Assembly (NCBI GenBank): GCA_973895155.1
Contig: OZ316894.1
Location: 22,601,867-22,665,866 of the forward strand
Source: Marsupella aquatica
Taxonomy: Eukaryota; Plantae; Marchantiophyta
Length of the DNA: 64,000 nucleotides
Direction of reading: 5' to 3'
Positions 47,250 through 61,870 of the stretch are shown here, piece after piece; position 1 is the stretch's first letter; each line of letters opens with the position of its first letter. The notes beneath the pieces are model-generated. The model saw only the letters and a list, made by a program, of their open reading frames with translations, had not been told where the DNA came from and did no database searches. Made by a program: the position numbers and the translations under genes.

Positions 47250-50200
47250 CTAGCATTGATAGAGAATTTAGTGGCGCCGGCGAATAGTAGGTGCACACGG
47301 GTATTAATTTCTCTTCCAATTGTGCCGACAAAGGGTACACGTTCGACGTCTGCGCCCTCCACAGTTTGTTGGGAAGAGAAAGATCGAAAGATATTGCCTG
47401 GTGGAGCAAGGGTCATGTCAGCAGCGTGGTAGTTTGCAGTTCTATTGCAGAATCTATTCTTTGCCTCCTGGAAAGTGGCAGTTTTGTTACGCAATTGACC
47501 ACAACGTAAAGCTTGTGGCTTCCTAGGGCTATGTACTGTAGCATTAGAATCTGTTAAGTTTGTACTTCGTCCAGCACAAATTTCCTTGATTGAGCAGGCG
47601 CTTGGAAGGAACTCATCTGTAGAGATTCTTTCAGGAGACGAGAACTTTTGGTGTTGATTGCGTACTCCAAGCTTGTGCTAAGAGTTGCGGCATATGGAAC
47701 TAGTTAACTTTCTAGACTTCCCACGTTTAAGTCTTTACATTGCAAGGGGTTCACAACAGTCCTAAGGTTTCATCCTCACCCCGGCATCCGAGCCCTGTTC
47801 TCAGGCAATGAGTGTCGTTTCGTTGCTTATTAAGCCTCACAGTTGGTAGATAGAATTCTGGGCCATATCCAGACCTTGAGCTGGGACTAAAACATTTTGC
47901 AACGAATAGCGCTAGGCTCTAGGCTCCATCTGTTGAGGTGTGTCGTGACAGTTACCGAGTCACTTGTTCCAATCAGGAAATGTTACTACATAGGCAATGG
48001 AGAAGATTGAAGAGAGTCAGGGACGTACGAGTAGTAGTGAGCGACAACTTCAACTAGACTCACCCTACGCACTCGGCATTGTTTTGACTTTGACTTGGAA
48101 TGTTCGGACACAAATCATTTCTTCGAAAACATTGTGCGATAGGTGGCATAGAAGCTCCTGTGCACTCTTCATGTCTTAGGTGTCATAGAAGTGCACCGGC
48201 TCTAATGTGCATATGGGGGGGAGAACAAGACGCAGATGGAGATAGAAAGAGCTCTTCTGAATATACGGAAGTGCTTACTCCCCGGAGGCTCAAGTCTCAC
48301 TTGCCTTCACGAAGACTTTCCTGATTTCTTTCAGGGAGGGGTGAGTAGTCATAGCTGAAGGGAGATGAGAAATTTGAGTCGTTGACGAGCTGAAAACGTA
48401 GATTAGAAATGAGGGTCAGCGTCCGTAGTGGCAAGGAAGATGAGAAGCTCAAGTCGTTGATGAACAAAGTCGCACGTTAGAATTTGAGCGGAAAGCACCC
48501 AATTCTGCTTCAAATTCCGAGGCAACTCAGTTACTGCAAATCTCCAAATTGGTATTCTTTCGTAGGAGCAGATGCGCTATAGTCCAGAACTAGAGCTCAC
48601 CTTCTTTGCACGGCTCACGAACCAAAGGAAGGACGTTCCCCAGCTTTTGAGCTACTCACAGGATTTCTCCATTGTAGTACACAATCACCGTCAATCCCAA
48701 TCTCGTTTAATTCATTCAACGCATTGAATACGTCAGGAAATCATCTTACTATCAATCCGTTAGTTACTAAGATCCCGATCATTCGTAACTATATACGAGT
48801 GTCCTGTACCTGGAAGGACAAAATTGTTGAAGGAGTTATTGAGACTCTCATTACTACAATACAAATAACCCAGAATTGTAAGGAATGTGTCCGACTCAAG
48901 GTGAGTCCCACTTGAGCATGGATTCAGAGTGACTCGAGTGTCTTCAGATGAACTCATGATTTGAGTAGGGGCTGAAACTGCCATTCACGGTGAGCAGAGT
49001 GTTGTCTCTCACTTCAACTACTTGGGATTCGAGTTTGGGCTGAAATGGCCATTCATGGTCAATTGAGTGTCGTCTATCACTTCAATTACTCAGGATTGTC
49101 TCTCAGTTAACTACTTGAATTATTCAGGATTCTAAGGGCATTCTTAGCAATTGGCAGTTCCTTGGGAGCAGAATGAGAACAAAAAATGACATGTGCTTTT
49201 ACTGTGAAGTTACTGAGACAACAAAAATAACAGAATCTTCAGGATGTGCTTCACTGGGGGGCAGTTCAAAGCATTGCCTCAAACCTCAGCCAGAGTTTCA
49301 TGAGTCAATCTGTGCAGTGCAAGAGTTTAAGGTTTTAATTTTTGTCAGGCATAACAGCAGTGATCACCTTTACCCCCATCCTTTAACGTATAGCTTTAAT
49401 GAGGTCCCATTAGGCCATGTTCCAGGGAAATAGTAGTACCAGGGTTAGGTAGGCCAGCACATAGTCACCTGAGACCCACTGGCAGGTGGGGCAGGGAAGA
49501 GTAGAAGGCTCACACAGGATATCTGACAAGTAGCTGAGCTTGGAATGTGATGTGCAATGGAAAGTTTTTGAGTTTTGGGGACCCTTTAGTATATTGAGGG
49601 TCTCCCTCCACCCTTGGTTCATTGCTGGTTGCATGGCTTGTTTCCCTGGGTGGGGTTTCCCTCTTCCAATTAGAGACTTTTGTTATTGAACACATCTCCC
49701 TGAGAGAGCAGGAGGTACGACCAGGATAACAGACTTGACACACACTGTGTGTATTACACTAGACCTCTTGTCTCGAGCAGCACTTTATGGCAAGAGCACG
49801 ATGAGTGAGCCTCTACGGAGGTCGGAACTGTGCACAATACATTGTGTGTGAGCAGTCCATGGGAACAATGTTGGGCACTATAAACAGATACCAGCTGAGT
49901 AATCAGCTAATTGCGCAAGGGCCTTTCCTCTGAATAATCTTACAAACATATTGATGCAATTGAGGGAACCTTCTCATGGGCCATTTTTTGCTGGAATACA
50001 ACAAAGTGTTTGGCTTGAACCTCATTTCTACAGCCATTTGCGTTGGGTTGGGCTTCCCTTTGGTTTGTATTCATAAATAGACACAGGGCAAGGGGTTGCG
50101 ATGATCTGACACACTATCATACCAGTGCATGATATTCATTTTAAACCAACCAAACCAAACCAAACCAAATCTAAAGCTTTGAGTCCACAACAGGTTAGAG

Positions 50201-51019
50201 ATCATGTTAATTTCAACTTACCCTAACTTACATAAAAAGATATCAATCCTAATTGATCTGGCCAGTGCCTTGAGGGTCTAGGAGGGAAAGTATGTATTTA
50301 CTTATATATGAAAATCAGCCACCTAGTATTTTATTTATAAACATTCTTAAAATCAAGGAAAGCCTTAGATCTTTTGTGATCTTAAGTACAGTCATAAGAT
50401 CTTAAAAGGTTTGGCAAATCTTTGGCCCCATTAACAAAACCCAAAGGTCAATTGGCCAGGGGACTAGCCTATAACCAAGGGGGGAAAAGAGGCAGACAAT
50501 GAAAATCATCGCCAGTGAGAATAAAAGGTTTGCTCATGTGGCATGTTTTCCAAGCAAAATGCTTCATTTTGTTGGTTTTGTGCGGATGTGTAGATGGCCA
50601 TTGCATAGCATTTCATAAGCTTGAGTGGGATAAAATATTATAGTAAAAGTACAGCAAAATGATGCTCCCATGGACCATAGACATAAACCATACAATTGGG
50701 ATGGACTAATTGGGAATATTCCCTGTCACATTGTGAGTTGCAAAAATCCATGGGAGCATTTTGACAAACCTAGGGGTCCATGTGGGCTTCATTTTCAAAA
50801 GTACAGCACATGCCAAAGAACAATACATTTTACATAATAGACAAGTGCAGAGTTCTTGTAAAGTTGTGCATGGTACAGATTCTCACTTGCACTAATGACA
50901 CTCAAATAAGTTGAAAAGTTGTGCAGATAAGAGGAACATTTAGTCGCCTTAGGTAATGACAATAAAAACCATAAACTTAGGAACAAAAGAAACAAAAGTC
51001 CGAGGAGAATTTAGAGCAA

Positions 51020-51560
51020 GAGGTGTTCACATTTCTAAGCATCATTTCTCTCTTATTCACTAGAAGAGAAGGAATCTTTCTCCATTGGCGAAAATTCAAT
51101 GCCTATGTGTTCACATTTCTAAGTATTATTTCTCTCTCATTCACAGAGAAGAGATAGAATCTCTCCATTGGCAAAAATTGAATTGATACACATTCTATTG
51201 AAATCTAAATGGAGTGGGAACATGAGATCTGGGATAGCAAGATTAAAATGATTAACAGAGTGCCAAAATAATTTAGAATCTAAATAATACAATGATGCAA
51301 GTAATTCAATTCTAAATGGAGTGGGAAAGGAGTGAGATAGCAATTAACATGAGTAAGTGAGGTGCCAAAAATAATTAGAATCTAAATAATAAATTGATCA
51401 AGAGAGGGTTGCCAAAGTAAATCTAAATAATTCAAATGATGCAAGTTATTGAAATCTACATGGGGTGGGAAAGGACGGATCTGGGATAGCAAGATTAAAA
51501 TGATTAAGAGAGGTGACAAACTAATTTAGAATAGTAATATTACAAATTATGCAAGTTATG
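51020..51560 (+). repeat. Nested AT-rich tandem duplications
   Basis: GTGTTCACATTTCTAAG x2, ATGGAGTGGGAA-like x3, GATCTGGGATAGCAAGATTAAAATGATTAA x2. Confidence 0.75.
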
Positions 51561-53906
51561 GTGGCACATTAAAATCAATATACATTTCAGACAACCTTAA
51601 TAAAATCTTAATAAAACAAATGCTGAAAGGTGGATCACAATAAGATTGATCCCTAGGACAATTGATCCCTAGGACGTGAATAGATATGGATCACAATCAG
51701 TTGTAGCCATAGAGAGTTAATCATGGATGGACCAAGGGGTTTGCTTTGCCCATCCCCATGGACTGTGACAAACACCTTTTCACTTGATACCCAAATTCCA
51801 CATTGTTGGGCTATCTTAAGAAAGACTCTTCAGTTTTGAGAATGATGCCCCAAGTAGTTTTTCCAGGTGTCTCGACCAACTATGACATGTTATTTTTCAG
51901 CAAACTTATGCATTTATTTAAATAAATTTTGGATTTCTGTTTCAGGACAAAAGTTTCCAGCATGTTCTCTCTGCCCAATCTATTACTTGACAAAATTTCA
52001 AATTTTTTTTGAAACCATTTGGTACTCTGGGGATGAGTGCAAAGATAATTAAATATTATAAACTAATTGACAACAGACGCTTCACTTTTTTGAAGAATGC
52101 CCTCATTACTTGGGCACTAGCACCAATTTACCACTTTGGAAAATGAAGTTTCACTCCCTGAGTAGTTTGCATGAGTCGCGACTTACAAATAACATATGAG
52201 TCTAAACTGTAAAGAGTGCTATCCTAGCAAATTTTGATGTTTTGAGTCAGTCCATTCCAACTTCCAAATCCATGGGGGCTTGACATCAAACACCAAGGCC
52301 CCTCAAGGTTTTACTTTCTTTAACCCTAGCTTTACTTTTTGTAGCCCTAGCACGTGAATCCATATTTTCCCCAGATTACTAGATTTAGTAGCCAGAATTT
52401 CTGAGGAAGCAGGAAAATTTCTGGCGACCAATCAGAAACTCCGAGTGTGAGCAGCAATGCTGAATATAATACTATAACATAGAATGGAATCATTGGGTCT
52501 TCTTCCAATTCCTTCTTTGCATTGACTCAGCCAGCGACAATACCAGTCGATAGCATTGAATTCACAGCTTTGGATTCCACGATGACCCACCAGGCTTGGT
52601 CGTCCCATTTACCCGCCTTGGTTGAAGCTTCCCATGAATGAATTTAATCAACGGGATATTACAGCATTCTCTGATTCACTCATGATGCATAACGTTGGGA
52701 CGTTCCCGAGCCCGAGTGCTAAACCCACGATTCAAGGCGTTATTATGTCAAACGGCCATAATCCATTACTAGCCATGGCTTTCAGACTGCACACGTCCCC
52801 TCTGATGAGAACCTGGATTCAATGTCATGCTCTGCATTCACTACTGTAAGTTACGGAAGTACTGTCTTGGAAGGGGGAGTGCGAACCCATTCGTGATTCG
52901 CCTGACTTCAAATTCGATGACATACCTCAAATACGTGAGGGCGCTGTGCTCGAGATTGTTGTTGAGTGGATAGACACGAATAAAGAGCAAAAGATTTGAA
53001 GAATCCATTTTGGACCAGTGAACGGTATGGACGTTCAGCTCTATGATTTCACGATGAGCGAAAATGCATCCACCAATGGCAGCAAATAATTGGCCTTTCT
53101 GTGTCTCGTTCACAAAGGAGAGAATCCACAGCCGCCAAAGCTTGGGAGCGTGCCACTTTCATGCAATGACGAGAATGTACACAATAATTCTGCATGCGTC
53201 TATGTGCTTCCAAATTCATTCTTCACATACCATATCTAATTGCATGTCGAGAAGTACACAATGATTTTGCATGGAAGCTACTATACTCTAGTGTCATCCC
53301 CGGTCCAACAATTTAAAAAAAAATCATAAAATTTTGGGCCCCACTAACAAAACATTTTGTGAGGTACATGCTTCATAGACACTGGCTGGAAAACTTGGCG
53401 TCATGGGCCCATGATTCTGGTTCAATGTTTGGTGACATTTAGGACGGTTGCATGTTGCTGTTGGTCTCAGATCTAGAGTACAATTTGCGTCACCAATGGG
53501 CGTTCAGATCGATAGATTGCAGCAACAGCTGCTCTCTACTGAACGTTCTACAGGAGTTCTTAGCTGTAGGTGAAGTTTTATTTGAGCCATGGCTTGTAGT
53601 TGGAGAAGAATGATGTTGTTTGTCACGGTGAATCATAGAGTAGTACGTGCTCACGGTGGATCACGAAATCACCGAGCACTGTCGGGTCTGGAATGGCCTT
53701 CGTAAATGCTTCATGCCTTATACTCCTCTTTGCTCGAAGGATGAACGGTCTGGCTTGTGACCAAGATGCAGCTGATTAGGAATCTTACGGTGCTATCTTG
53801 TTGCTTCTCTCTGTGCCAGATAGGAAGCTAAAGACAGGAAGGACGAGCTTGATATCACCATTCCACAAGTCTTCTCTTCGTTTGGTTCATGACTTCATAT
53901 AGATGC

Positions 53907-54230
53907 CGCCTCAAAATCTGGAAAGCCATGTCCGCAACCGCAGCACAACGGCCCATGTCGAGGAATCAAATTATCCTTCTGATAATCTGGTGAGTTTCGG
54001 AATGTCAGTTCTGTGAGTCAATTGTCAGAAACATAACAGGCAGGGCCAGCTTGATTCCACCATTTCACCAGTCCTCTCTACGTCTCCTTCCACACAGCTA
54101 CCACCTCAAAACCTGGAAAGCCATGTCCACAATGGCAGCACGATGGCCGATGTCGGGGAATCACGTTATCCTTCTGATAATCTGTGAGCTCAAAATGTCA
54201 CATTCCGTGCTTCATGCCTGAAATGTCAGA
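53907..54230 (+). repeat. Direct duplication, period about 195 bp
   Basis: CCTCAAAA.CTGGAAAGCCATGTCC...TTATCCTTCTGATAATCTG...TGTCAGAAACA occurs twice. Confidence 0.8.
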
Positions 54231-57200
54231 AACAGAAACATACCCCGCATGTTCGGATTTGGGAAGAATTCGATGAACTCCATCATCAGCTCATCTCAGT
54301 GACCTGCAGAAGCTACAGTAGTTTCGACGAGATTAATTAAATAGAATATCAAATGTTAGATGAGTACAGTAACATCGCCATAGCTGGTGCCGGTGAATCC
54401 ATCAAGATCATTCTCCCGCTGGCTGAACTCAGGCATGGCTGGCAAGCAGGTTGGTGACTGACCGACCTGCTTGCCGATGCGCCACAGGACAAAGATTCTA
54501 CTACATTCAAAGCGACGACGACCAGGGAGACAGGGAGTACGGGAGAATGGTAAACGCTGCAAATCGAACTGTAGCTCAGCTAACTGCATCCAAATTATTG
54601 TAATCTGGAGCTACAGAACAACTATTCTGAGTGTATTGTGATCAAAATATCAAATGGTGCTTTTATCGTTGTTCCTGAATCTAATTTTGGCTCAAAATTT
54701 GATTTGGAAACTGGATGCACTTTCTCTAACACTAGCCCAAAGTGTTATGGAGCACAAGTGAGGTAGCAGGCAGTCAGACAGTGAGGAAGTAGGCAAGTAG
54801 GCTTAGCAACTGGCTAGCCTAGCAACTGGCTAGCCTAGCAACTGGGTTTCAAAGAGTGTAAGAGATGTGGGGAGAGATGGGTTGGGCCCCTAAAAGTAAG
54901 TGATGTGGGCGTAACTGTTCTCAAGCACAGGTGAGATGGCTAAAAATTGGACATTGCAGGGAATTGTGAGTATACCTGGCAACTGGATTTGAAGGAGTGT
55001 GCAAGCTGTTGGGAGTGATGGGCTGGGCATACAAAAATTGCACAGTCAAAAAATGTCACCAAATTGCAAAAGTCTCGGAGTTTTCTGTTAGAATCACATT
55101 TTGTGAAGAGACCATGAGAAAAGGGAGATTGCAAGTTATAGTGATTAGATAACAAAGCAATATTGTACATTTGGAGTTAAATGTGGCTTTACTTGGCACT
55201 TTTGATTTTTATTCACCAAAGCAAACTACAGTAGAGGGTCACATCTTGTTCTAAGATAGCCTAAAGTCATTAAAAAAAGATTTAGATTGAAGTGCAATGA
55301 GTGCAAATCCCTTGAATGAAGGAGCTCTAGTTTGGACCACCCCTGGAGGTGGTTCGAAATTCTAGTCAAAATAAGCATCAACATATATTTGGGCCCACTA
55401 CTTGCCCTGTAGAATATGTGGACAAACACAAACATACTTGAGTAAAAGTACTCTTTTAAACAGACAAGAAAATGATACGGCCTACAAACCCTAGTGAAAA
55501 AGAAGTCTAAGGCGAAATCTCTAGACCCTTGCCTTGGGGATGCCATTGGGGCAGCAATATGCCACCCTGCATAGCACAGACAATGAAGAACTAGTGGACA
55601 AATGTTCCTGTCTCTGACAACACTGACTTGTCATTAAATCTTGGAGGAAATTCTGATGGCAAACTGGCAATGTACTATTACCTAGAGATTATAAAAAAAT
55701 TATGTTTTGTCCTTGGAGGCCTCTCAAACAAACGCTCTATATATTACACCACAAGAGCTGGCCCCTTCCCGAACGCTGTTAAGGCACTTGGTTTGATAAT
55801 CACTGCCACTTGGCGTTACCACACTGCACTTAAACGTTCAGCAATGATTTTTCATACGTTGGGCATTTATTCATGTCATTCATTTGCAATAGAAAGTTTC
55901 CCATCATACCCAAAACAGTGAGGCAGATTTCAAAGATTATTCATGCCTCCTAGATTTTGGCATGATTTGAGTGTGGAAGGTAGCCTTTGCACTTTGTTTA
56001 TTCGGGCTTTAATTTGGCTTTTTGGCTCTTTGGTCTTCCCTGGTTCTTCTTTTCTTCCTCCCCTTCATTAGATCTCCTGCCTTTTTGGTTCCTTGACAGT
56101 GTGATACAATAGTACATGGGAAGATGTCTTTAAGTAGCAAATTGGAATACAGTATTGCAAAACCAAAAGGACTTTTGCTTTCACTTGCCTAAAACTTTTT
56201 CCTAGTGTTCTCGTGCTACTTGTCAGTGTCATTCAAACTTTTGTTGTGCCAAGCAAAAGCTTCTCCATAGAGCTGCAAAGAGGATTATTTTATATACACC
56301 ACATTGTCAAAGAACCAAAAAGTGTCAAACCAGGAGGGCGTACTCAAAGGCAAGAGACCCAAACAAAGGGAAAGACACAAGGGAAACTCCACTGACAAAC
56401 CAGGAGAGAGGAAGGCAAGAGTCCAAAATAGAGGGTAAGAACATGAGGGATTCCCAAAGAAGACCAAAGAGCCATAAAGTGGAGAGGCTCTCCAACAGCA
56501 AAAGAACTAAAGTCCTTATGAGCAGAAGACTAAAAAGCCTGGTGAAGCCCCTGTTAAACCACATAGGAGGGCTATTTCAGAGAGACACCTAAAACCAACT
56601 ATGTTTGCATATTAACTTCATCTATTATCTAGTTTCACATAATCTTTTGTGGCACTAGAATCACCTCAAATTGAAACTCTTATAGAAACCTGTCCCAACC
56701 GACAAAGACCATCTGAATTTTAACATTTTATTTAGATAACATGTTTGCATAGTATGAAATCTAATATAAGAACTTGGTTGATGAGAAGATTCAGGTCAAA
56801 CATTGCTCTCCATGACATCAACTTCACTCTTACCCAGGCGAGAAGATGTAGCCTCCAAAAGAAAAAATAATATGTAGCTACAGCAGACAAACCCTAAGCC
56901 AAAAACATTAAATGTTCCAAGGACGAAGAGGTCAAAATCCTTGTTTTCTTCCAGGTTGTTGATACAATATGTCCAAGAGTAAAAAACCTTAATGTCAAGC
57001 CTCACCTTCAAGGCTTCAAAGTAGCTTTGTTGTCCTCCAAAGAGTTGAAACCCTTAATGTCAAGCCTCATCTTCAAAGTAGCTTTGTTGTTCTCCAAATT
57101 GTAGTAGTATTTAATTCACTAGGTCGTGCGCTGTACATTTGCTGACTTGGGAGGTCCAATCCAGTCAACCCAAGGGTCTCTGGGCAGTCCACCTTGGTCC

Positions 57201-57672
57201 TCTCGTGAGTCAAGGCAAACAAGTGTAACCTTTACACAAAGTAAATTTCCTACTTGGTGGATTGTACAGTATTGTACCCTACTGGTAACGAGGTTATTGC
57301 CACAAGCAATAAAATAAAATAAATTTGGAGCCCAGCACCAAAATGGTGGACTGGAAACATATGCTGACAGTTTCCAGAAATGGTGAATAAATTAAAGGGC
57401 TGGGGAAATGGACAGTTTCCAAAAAATGGAGAGTAAAATAAATTCCAGGCCCTACTACTTATAAAATTGATTTAAGAGCTAGAGTGTCCCGTAAAATGCT
57501 GTAATCTGTTGATTTTGGTGGCAAAAATGTTTTGGCTCAATGTAAGTGACCTACTGGGAAAAATAATATGAGAAAACTTTAGGTTTGGGAAAAACTTTAA
57601 GGGCCAATTGTGAAAGCCTGAAAGCAAGTAGAAACAACTTTTGGCAATTGAGAATGACTGAAGTTGCCTTAA

Positions 57673-57827
57673 ACCACCACTAGCCATAGCCATATAAAAG
57701 GGAGGGGGAAGTGTCCAAGACTTCTCCTATTTTTCACTTTCCTCTCATTCTTCTTCCCTCTATTTCCATATTGTTTCACAACTTCAGAAACCTGGTGAAT
57801 CCAAATTTTGTCATGGACAATGGTGCT
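57673..57827. mobile_element. TTAA-flanked MITE family copy (opposite orientation to 32734)
   Basis: TTAA|ACCACCACT...CAATGGTGCT|TTAA. Internal GGGGGAAGTGTCCAAGACTTCTCC. Confidence 0.65.
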
Positions 57828-58489
57828 TTAAATACATCTTTTGACTAGGTGTAAGCAAAACACAAAAAGAACATGGATTCCGGGCGGGTGGAGGTTCCAA
57901 AACTCCGGCCTCGGGCTGGTCCTGCTACACTCGCTGCGGCCCAGGGGGATTCCAAAACTCGGCCCTCAGGTAGTCAGGCAATACTTGCTCCCAGCCGGGC
58001 TCAATAGGGGGCAGGTATTACCACTCCAGTAGTTGGAGGCTCTTACCACTCCAGTAGTTGGAGGTTGTTGAGTTCCAGTGGAGATGGTTTTCATTATGTC
58101 ATCATTCAGTCCACCTTCCTCGAATCCTCGGGTTTCCTTCACCTCCACCGCCTGCTGTCGTTTGCGATCTGCACTATTCCAGATCTCCAGCTATAGCCAG
58201 TAAGTTTATGATGCTTCATGTGCGCACTGGACAATGATTCTGTCACCAGCTTTTATTCTGTAGTTCCAGGAACCGAATTCCAGTTGTACTTTTCTCCTCT
58301 TCAAAATTCAGCTTTTCGGCTTGAAAGCTGAGGTCCCTCTCGACAATCTAGCTGACAGGGAAAGGAAACTAGATACTGGATAGATCTCGATTATTTAGCT
58401 CAGGCAAGATTGCTCATAAACTTGTTCGACTATAATTATTATGAAAAGCCTCTAGTCATGCTTTTTATCACATGAGTACGTGCCTACGG

Positions 58490-59150
58490 TACAGATCTTG
58501 GACGGAAAAAATCTTTGGAAAGAACCTCAATCAAGCAGCTTGCATTGAGGTTTTGGTATGGACACTCGATGGATGGACGCGACGGAAGGTTTTCAGATGT
58601 TCTTCGTCTGAGATTGAGATTGGAGAGGTAATTTCTGCAGAAAGCCAATATCCTGTCGCCACCTTCCTCTCATGGAGATGCTCATCGACAGATGAAGCTG
58701 GGATGTTTAAGAATCTCAGCTGCCGACTAGAGAATCGAAGTAAACCTTACACCGTACTGAACAAACTCTTTGGACGGGAGAAACCTTTGCGAAGAACCTT
58801 CGATTGCTCGCCACTTCCCTCTCACGCAGAAGCTTATGGAAACCTGAAGCTGGGATGTTTACGATCTCAGGTGCTGACTAGGGAATGGAAGCAAACCTTA
58901 GAACTTTATTAAACAAACGCTCGGACGGAAAAGGCCTTCGCAAAGATCCTCAATCCAGTTCTTCAGAAACCTTCGATTCCTCGCCCCGCTTTGCTATCAC
59001 GCAGAAGCTGATGGAAACCTGAAACTGTAGTGTTTAGCAATCTCAGCTCCTATTAGAGAATCGAATCAAACCAGTAAAGAAACTCTTGGACGGGAAAAAC
59101 TTTCGCAAAGAACCTCAACCCAGCTCGTCAGAAACCTTCGATTGCATCAC
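58490..59150 (+). repeat. Three to four diverged tandem units of about 150-190 bp
   Basis: Recurring GAAGCTGGGATGTTT..ATCTCAG, CTCTTGGACGG.AAAA and GAAACCTTCGATT. Confidence 0.75.
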
Positions 59151-59419
59151 TTGAATCGATCTCGTCATGCAGAGTTATTCATACCCGCCCAATCGAAGGA
59201 ATTGGACATTAAACACTCTCAAAGTGAGTTATAATTTTGACAGGCTTGTGATATCTGTTAAACCCTGAACGAATGAGACCTACATTTGGCGTTCGAATTC
59301 AAGTTGAGCCCTCACTCAGGGCCTTCTTCCGATGATTTGTCAGAATTCCTGAACAACTCACTGATTTTCTTTGTCTTCTGCAAGAATAATTGGAAGAGCC
59401 AGCACCTATTTCTTTGTGC

Positions 59420-59770
59420 TGTGCTGTAATCCTCAAAGTCCAGCCAGCATCTTGATTCTTTTGAGGAGGATCCTGATTTCACTTTTCTCCCAGCTCGCCA
59501 ATATTTTGGATTGTCTTCATGACTAGTCTAAAACTCTAGATTCCTGTAATTTCCTTTTCTCTGGCAATGACAGAATAATTTTGGGAACGCCTTACATCCG
59601 TGCCAAGAACCTGTAATCCTCAAAGTTCAGCATCTTAATTATTTTGAGGATCATGATCTCACTTTTTTCCCAGCTCTGATGATTTTGGATTGTCTTCGTG
59701 ACTGGCCTGAACTCTAGACTCCGGGCAGGATACAATAGTAGCAATTTTCGGAACGATTTAAATCTGTGCC
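59420..59770 (+). repeat. Direct duplication, period about 190 bp
   Basis: CTGTAATCCTCAAAGT...TTTTGGATTGTCTTC.TGACT...ACTCTAGA occurs twice. Confidence 0.8.
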
Positions 59771-60317
59771 CGGAACAGAGAATCCGTAAACGGCGAGGCG
59801 GAAAATTTCGGGAAAGGGGTTCAGCAGGACAAGAAAATTAGGAACACGTTACTGCATAATAATAATCTGCCCGTGTAAAGGTTTCCATTCCTGGTCGGTT
59901 ATGTTAGCCCGTTTCTCTTTTTTTTTAATTTCCCAGCCCGTCCTGGTCCGGAAGACGGGCAGAAAAATTTCGTCTCGACGGGCAGGAGGTGGGTGCCCAT
60001 ACTGCCCAGGCGGTGGAGAACGGGCAGAAAATCAAAACGGGCGCCATTTAACAGGGGCATTAAATAAATACCAGACACCAGTGTGGCGCCAATCTCTGAT
60101 TTTTCGTACGGAACAACAGTGGTGTCTCTTTAAGTATAAGTGCAAACCCTGGATAAGGCGTCCCCTCCTTCCCCTTATTTCTACCATTTTACAGTTCTTT
60201 TTGAGACATTTCTTCCGAACGAAGAGGTTTTGGTAACGTTGATTTAAGGTCTATCATGGGTCTTTATACAATTGAGACGTATAATGTGCAGACCCCCATT
60301 TTCTTGCAGACAGAAGG

Positions 60318-60795
60318 CTCTGCACTTAGAGAGAGAACACTGATAAAATCCTGTTTGTCTTCTCGAGTGTGCACTTGGGAAGATACTACTGTATGAAATC
60401 CTGTGACCAATGAAGAGTTGTAACTTTCAGTGATACTGCTGTGTGAAATCCTGTGAGCCTTCTAGAGTGCACTTGGAGAGATACTTCTGTGTAAAATTCT
60501 AGGGTGCGCAGTTGAGGGCGACACTGCATAAAATCCTGTGAGCCTTCTAGAGTGTGCACTTGGAGAGAGACTAGTGCATAACATGTATGTGAGAGTTCTA
60601 GAGTGTGCACTTAGAGATATACTGTGTAAAAATTCTGTGAGCCCTCTAGAGTGCGCACTTGAGGGAGAACACTGTATAAAAATCTTGTGAGCCTTCGAGA
60701 GTGTGCACTTGGAGAGAGACTACTATATAATATGTATGTATGTGAGAGTTCTAGAGTGTGCACTTAGAGAAATACCGTATAAAAATTCTTTGAGT
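60318..60795 (+). repeat. Minisatellite, about 50-bp unit, about 9 copies
   Basis: Recurring TTCTAGAGTGTGCACTTGGAGAGA..ACT.T.TAAAA.TCCTGTGAG. Confidence 0.85.
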
Positions 60796-60949
60796 TCTGC
60801 CCTTAACTGTGTTACAGTTGGTGATAACTGCGCGACGACAAGGCTCTGCGGTGCGCGCCAGGGGAAAAAAGGACTGCCAGGCGTATGGTTGTCCGGGCAG
60901 CCGTTGCCCCAGCTACTGCCCCAGCCTGAGAGGCAGCTTTTACAGGCGC

Positions 60950-61870
60950 TCTCATCACTCTCCCTGTCCATATTGTCGTGCCCAGCCGGGCAGAATAATT
61001 ATACATTTTGGCACATGCCCTGCCCTGGTCCCCCTCGCTTTGCCATCTTTGTACTACTGTAGATGTCATGGAAAACCTTCCGTCTCCTGTAAAGAAATTA
61101 AAAACGATTCCCCATAAAGACGAACACAAGAAGAAGGGAAAACGAAATTCCCTCTGCTGTAAGAAAAAAGAGTGCGAAGAGTAAAGAAGAAAGAAATAGA
61201 TTTCCAGGTGAAACTAAACTACACTTGATTTACAATAGAATAAATACTGGAGGTTTTCCCTCCCGTATTTTGAGCTACAAATGTTCATTGCACAAATGAC
61301 GTTGGTTACCAAATTATATTATCGTCTCTCAGCACTCCCTCTCCATAATTTTGTGCCCAGCCAGGCAGAATAATAATACATTTTGGCACATGCCCAGCCC
61401 TGGTCCCCAAGGCTTTGCCCTGCTGTACTGTGCATGTCACTGAAAACCTTCCTTGACAAGTTAAACCGCCACTTGCCATATGGTAGGGGGAAAAGTCTAA
61501 GACTTCTCCTTTTTCACATTCCATCATTTCTGTTCTCTACAATTTCAAAAACAGAGTACTATTAATGGTGAAACCTGGTGGTTTTGTTATGGCCATTGGT
61601 GATTTAATAGAATTTTAAGAACCCCCAAAATGACAAAAACAATAAAATAACCAAATTTGCTATGCTGTAAAAATGGGTGCAAGCGCTATACTATATCACG
61701 GAAAACCTTCCTAGAAGTATGAACAAAATTAAAAAACCCCCAAAAGACAAACATAAGAAGAAGGAAAAGGAAAATTGGCTATGCTAAAGTGTGCAATGAG
61801 CAAAGGAAGAAAAGGCAAAACTTCTCACACACTAAACTACTGTACTTGATCTTACAATCAAATAAATAGA
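60950..61870 (+). repeat. Local duplications
   Basis: GTGCCCAGCC.GGCAGAATAAT.ATACATTTTGGCACATGCCC at about 60978 and 61353. CA.GGAAAACCTTCC...CAAGAAGAAGG at about 61067 and 61697. Confidence 0.7.
61465..61603. mobile_element. TTAA-flanked MITE family copy
   Basis: TTAA|ACCGCCACTTGCCATA...TATGGCCATTGGTGAT|TTAA. Internal GGGGGAAAAGTCTAAGACTTCTCC. Confidence 0.65.
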
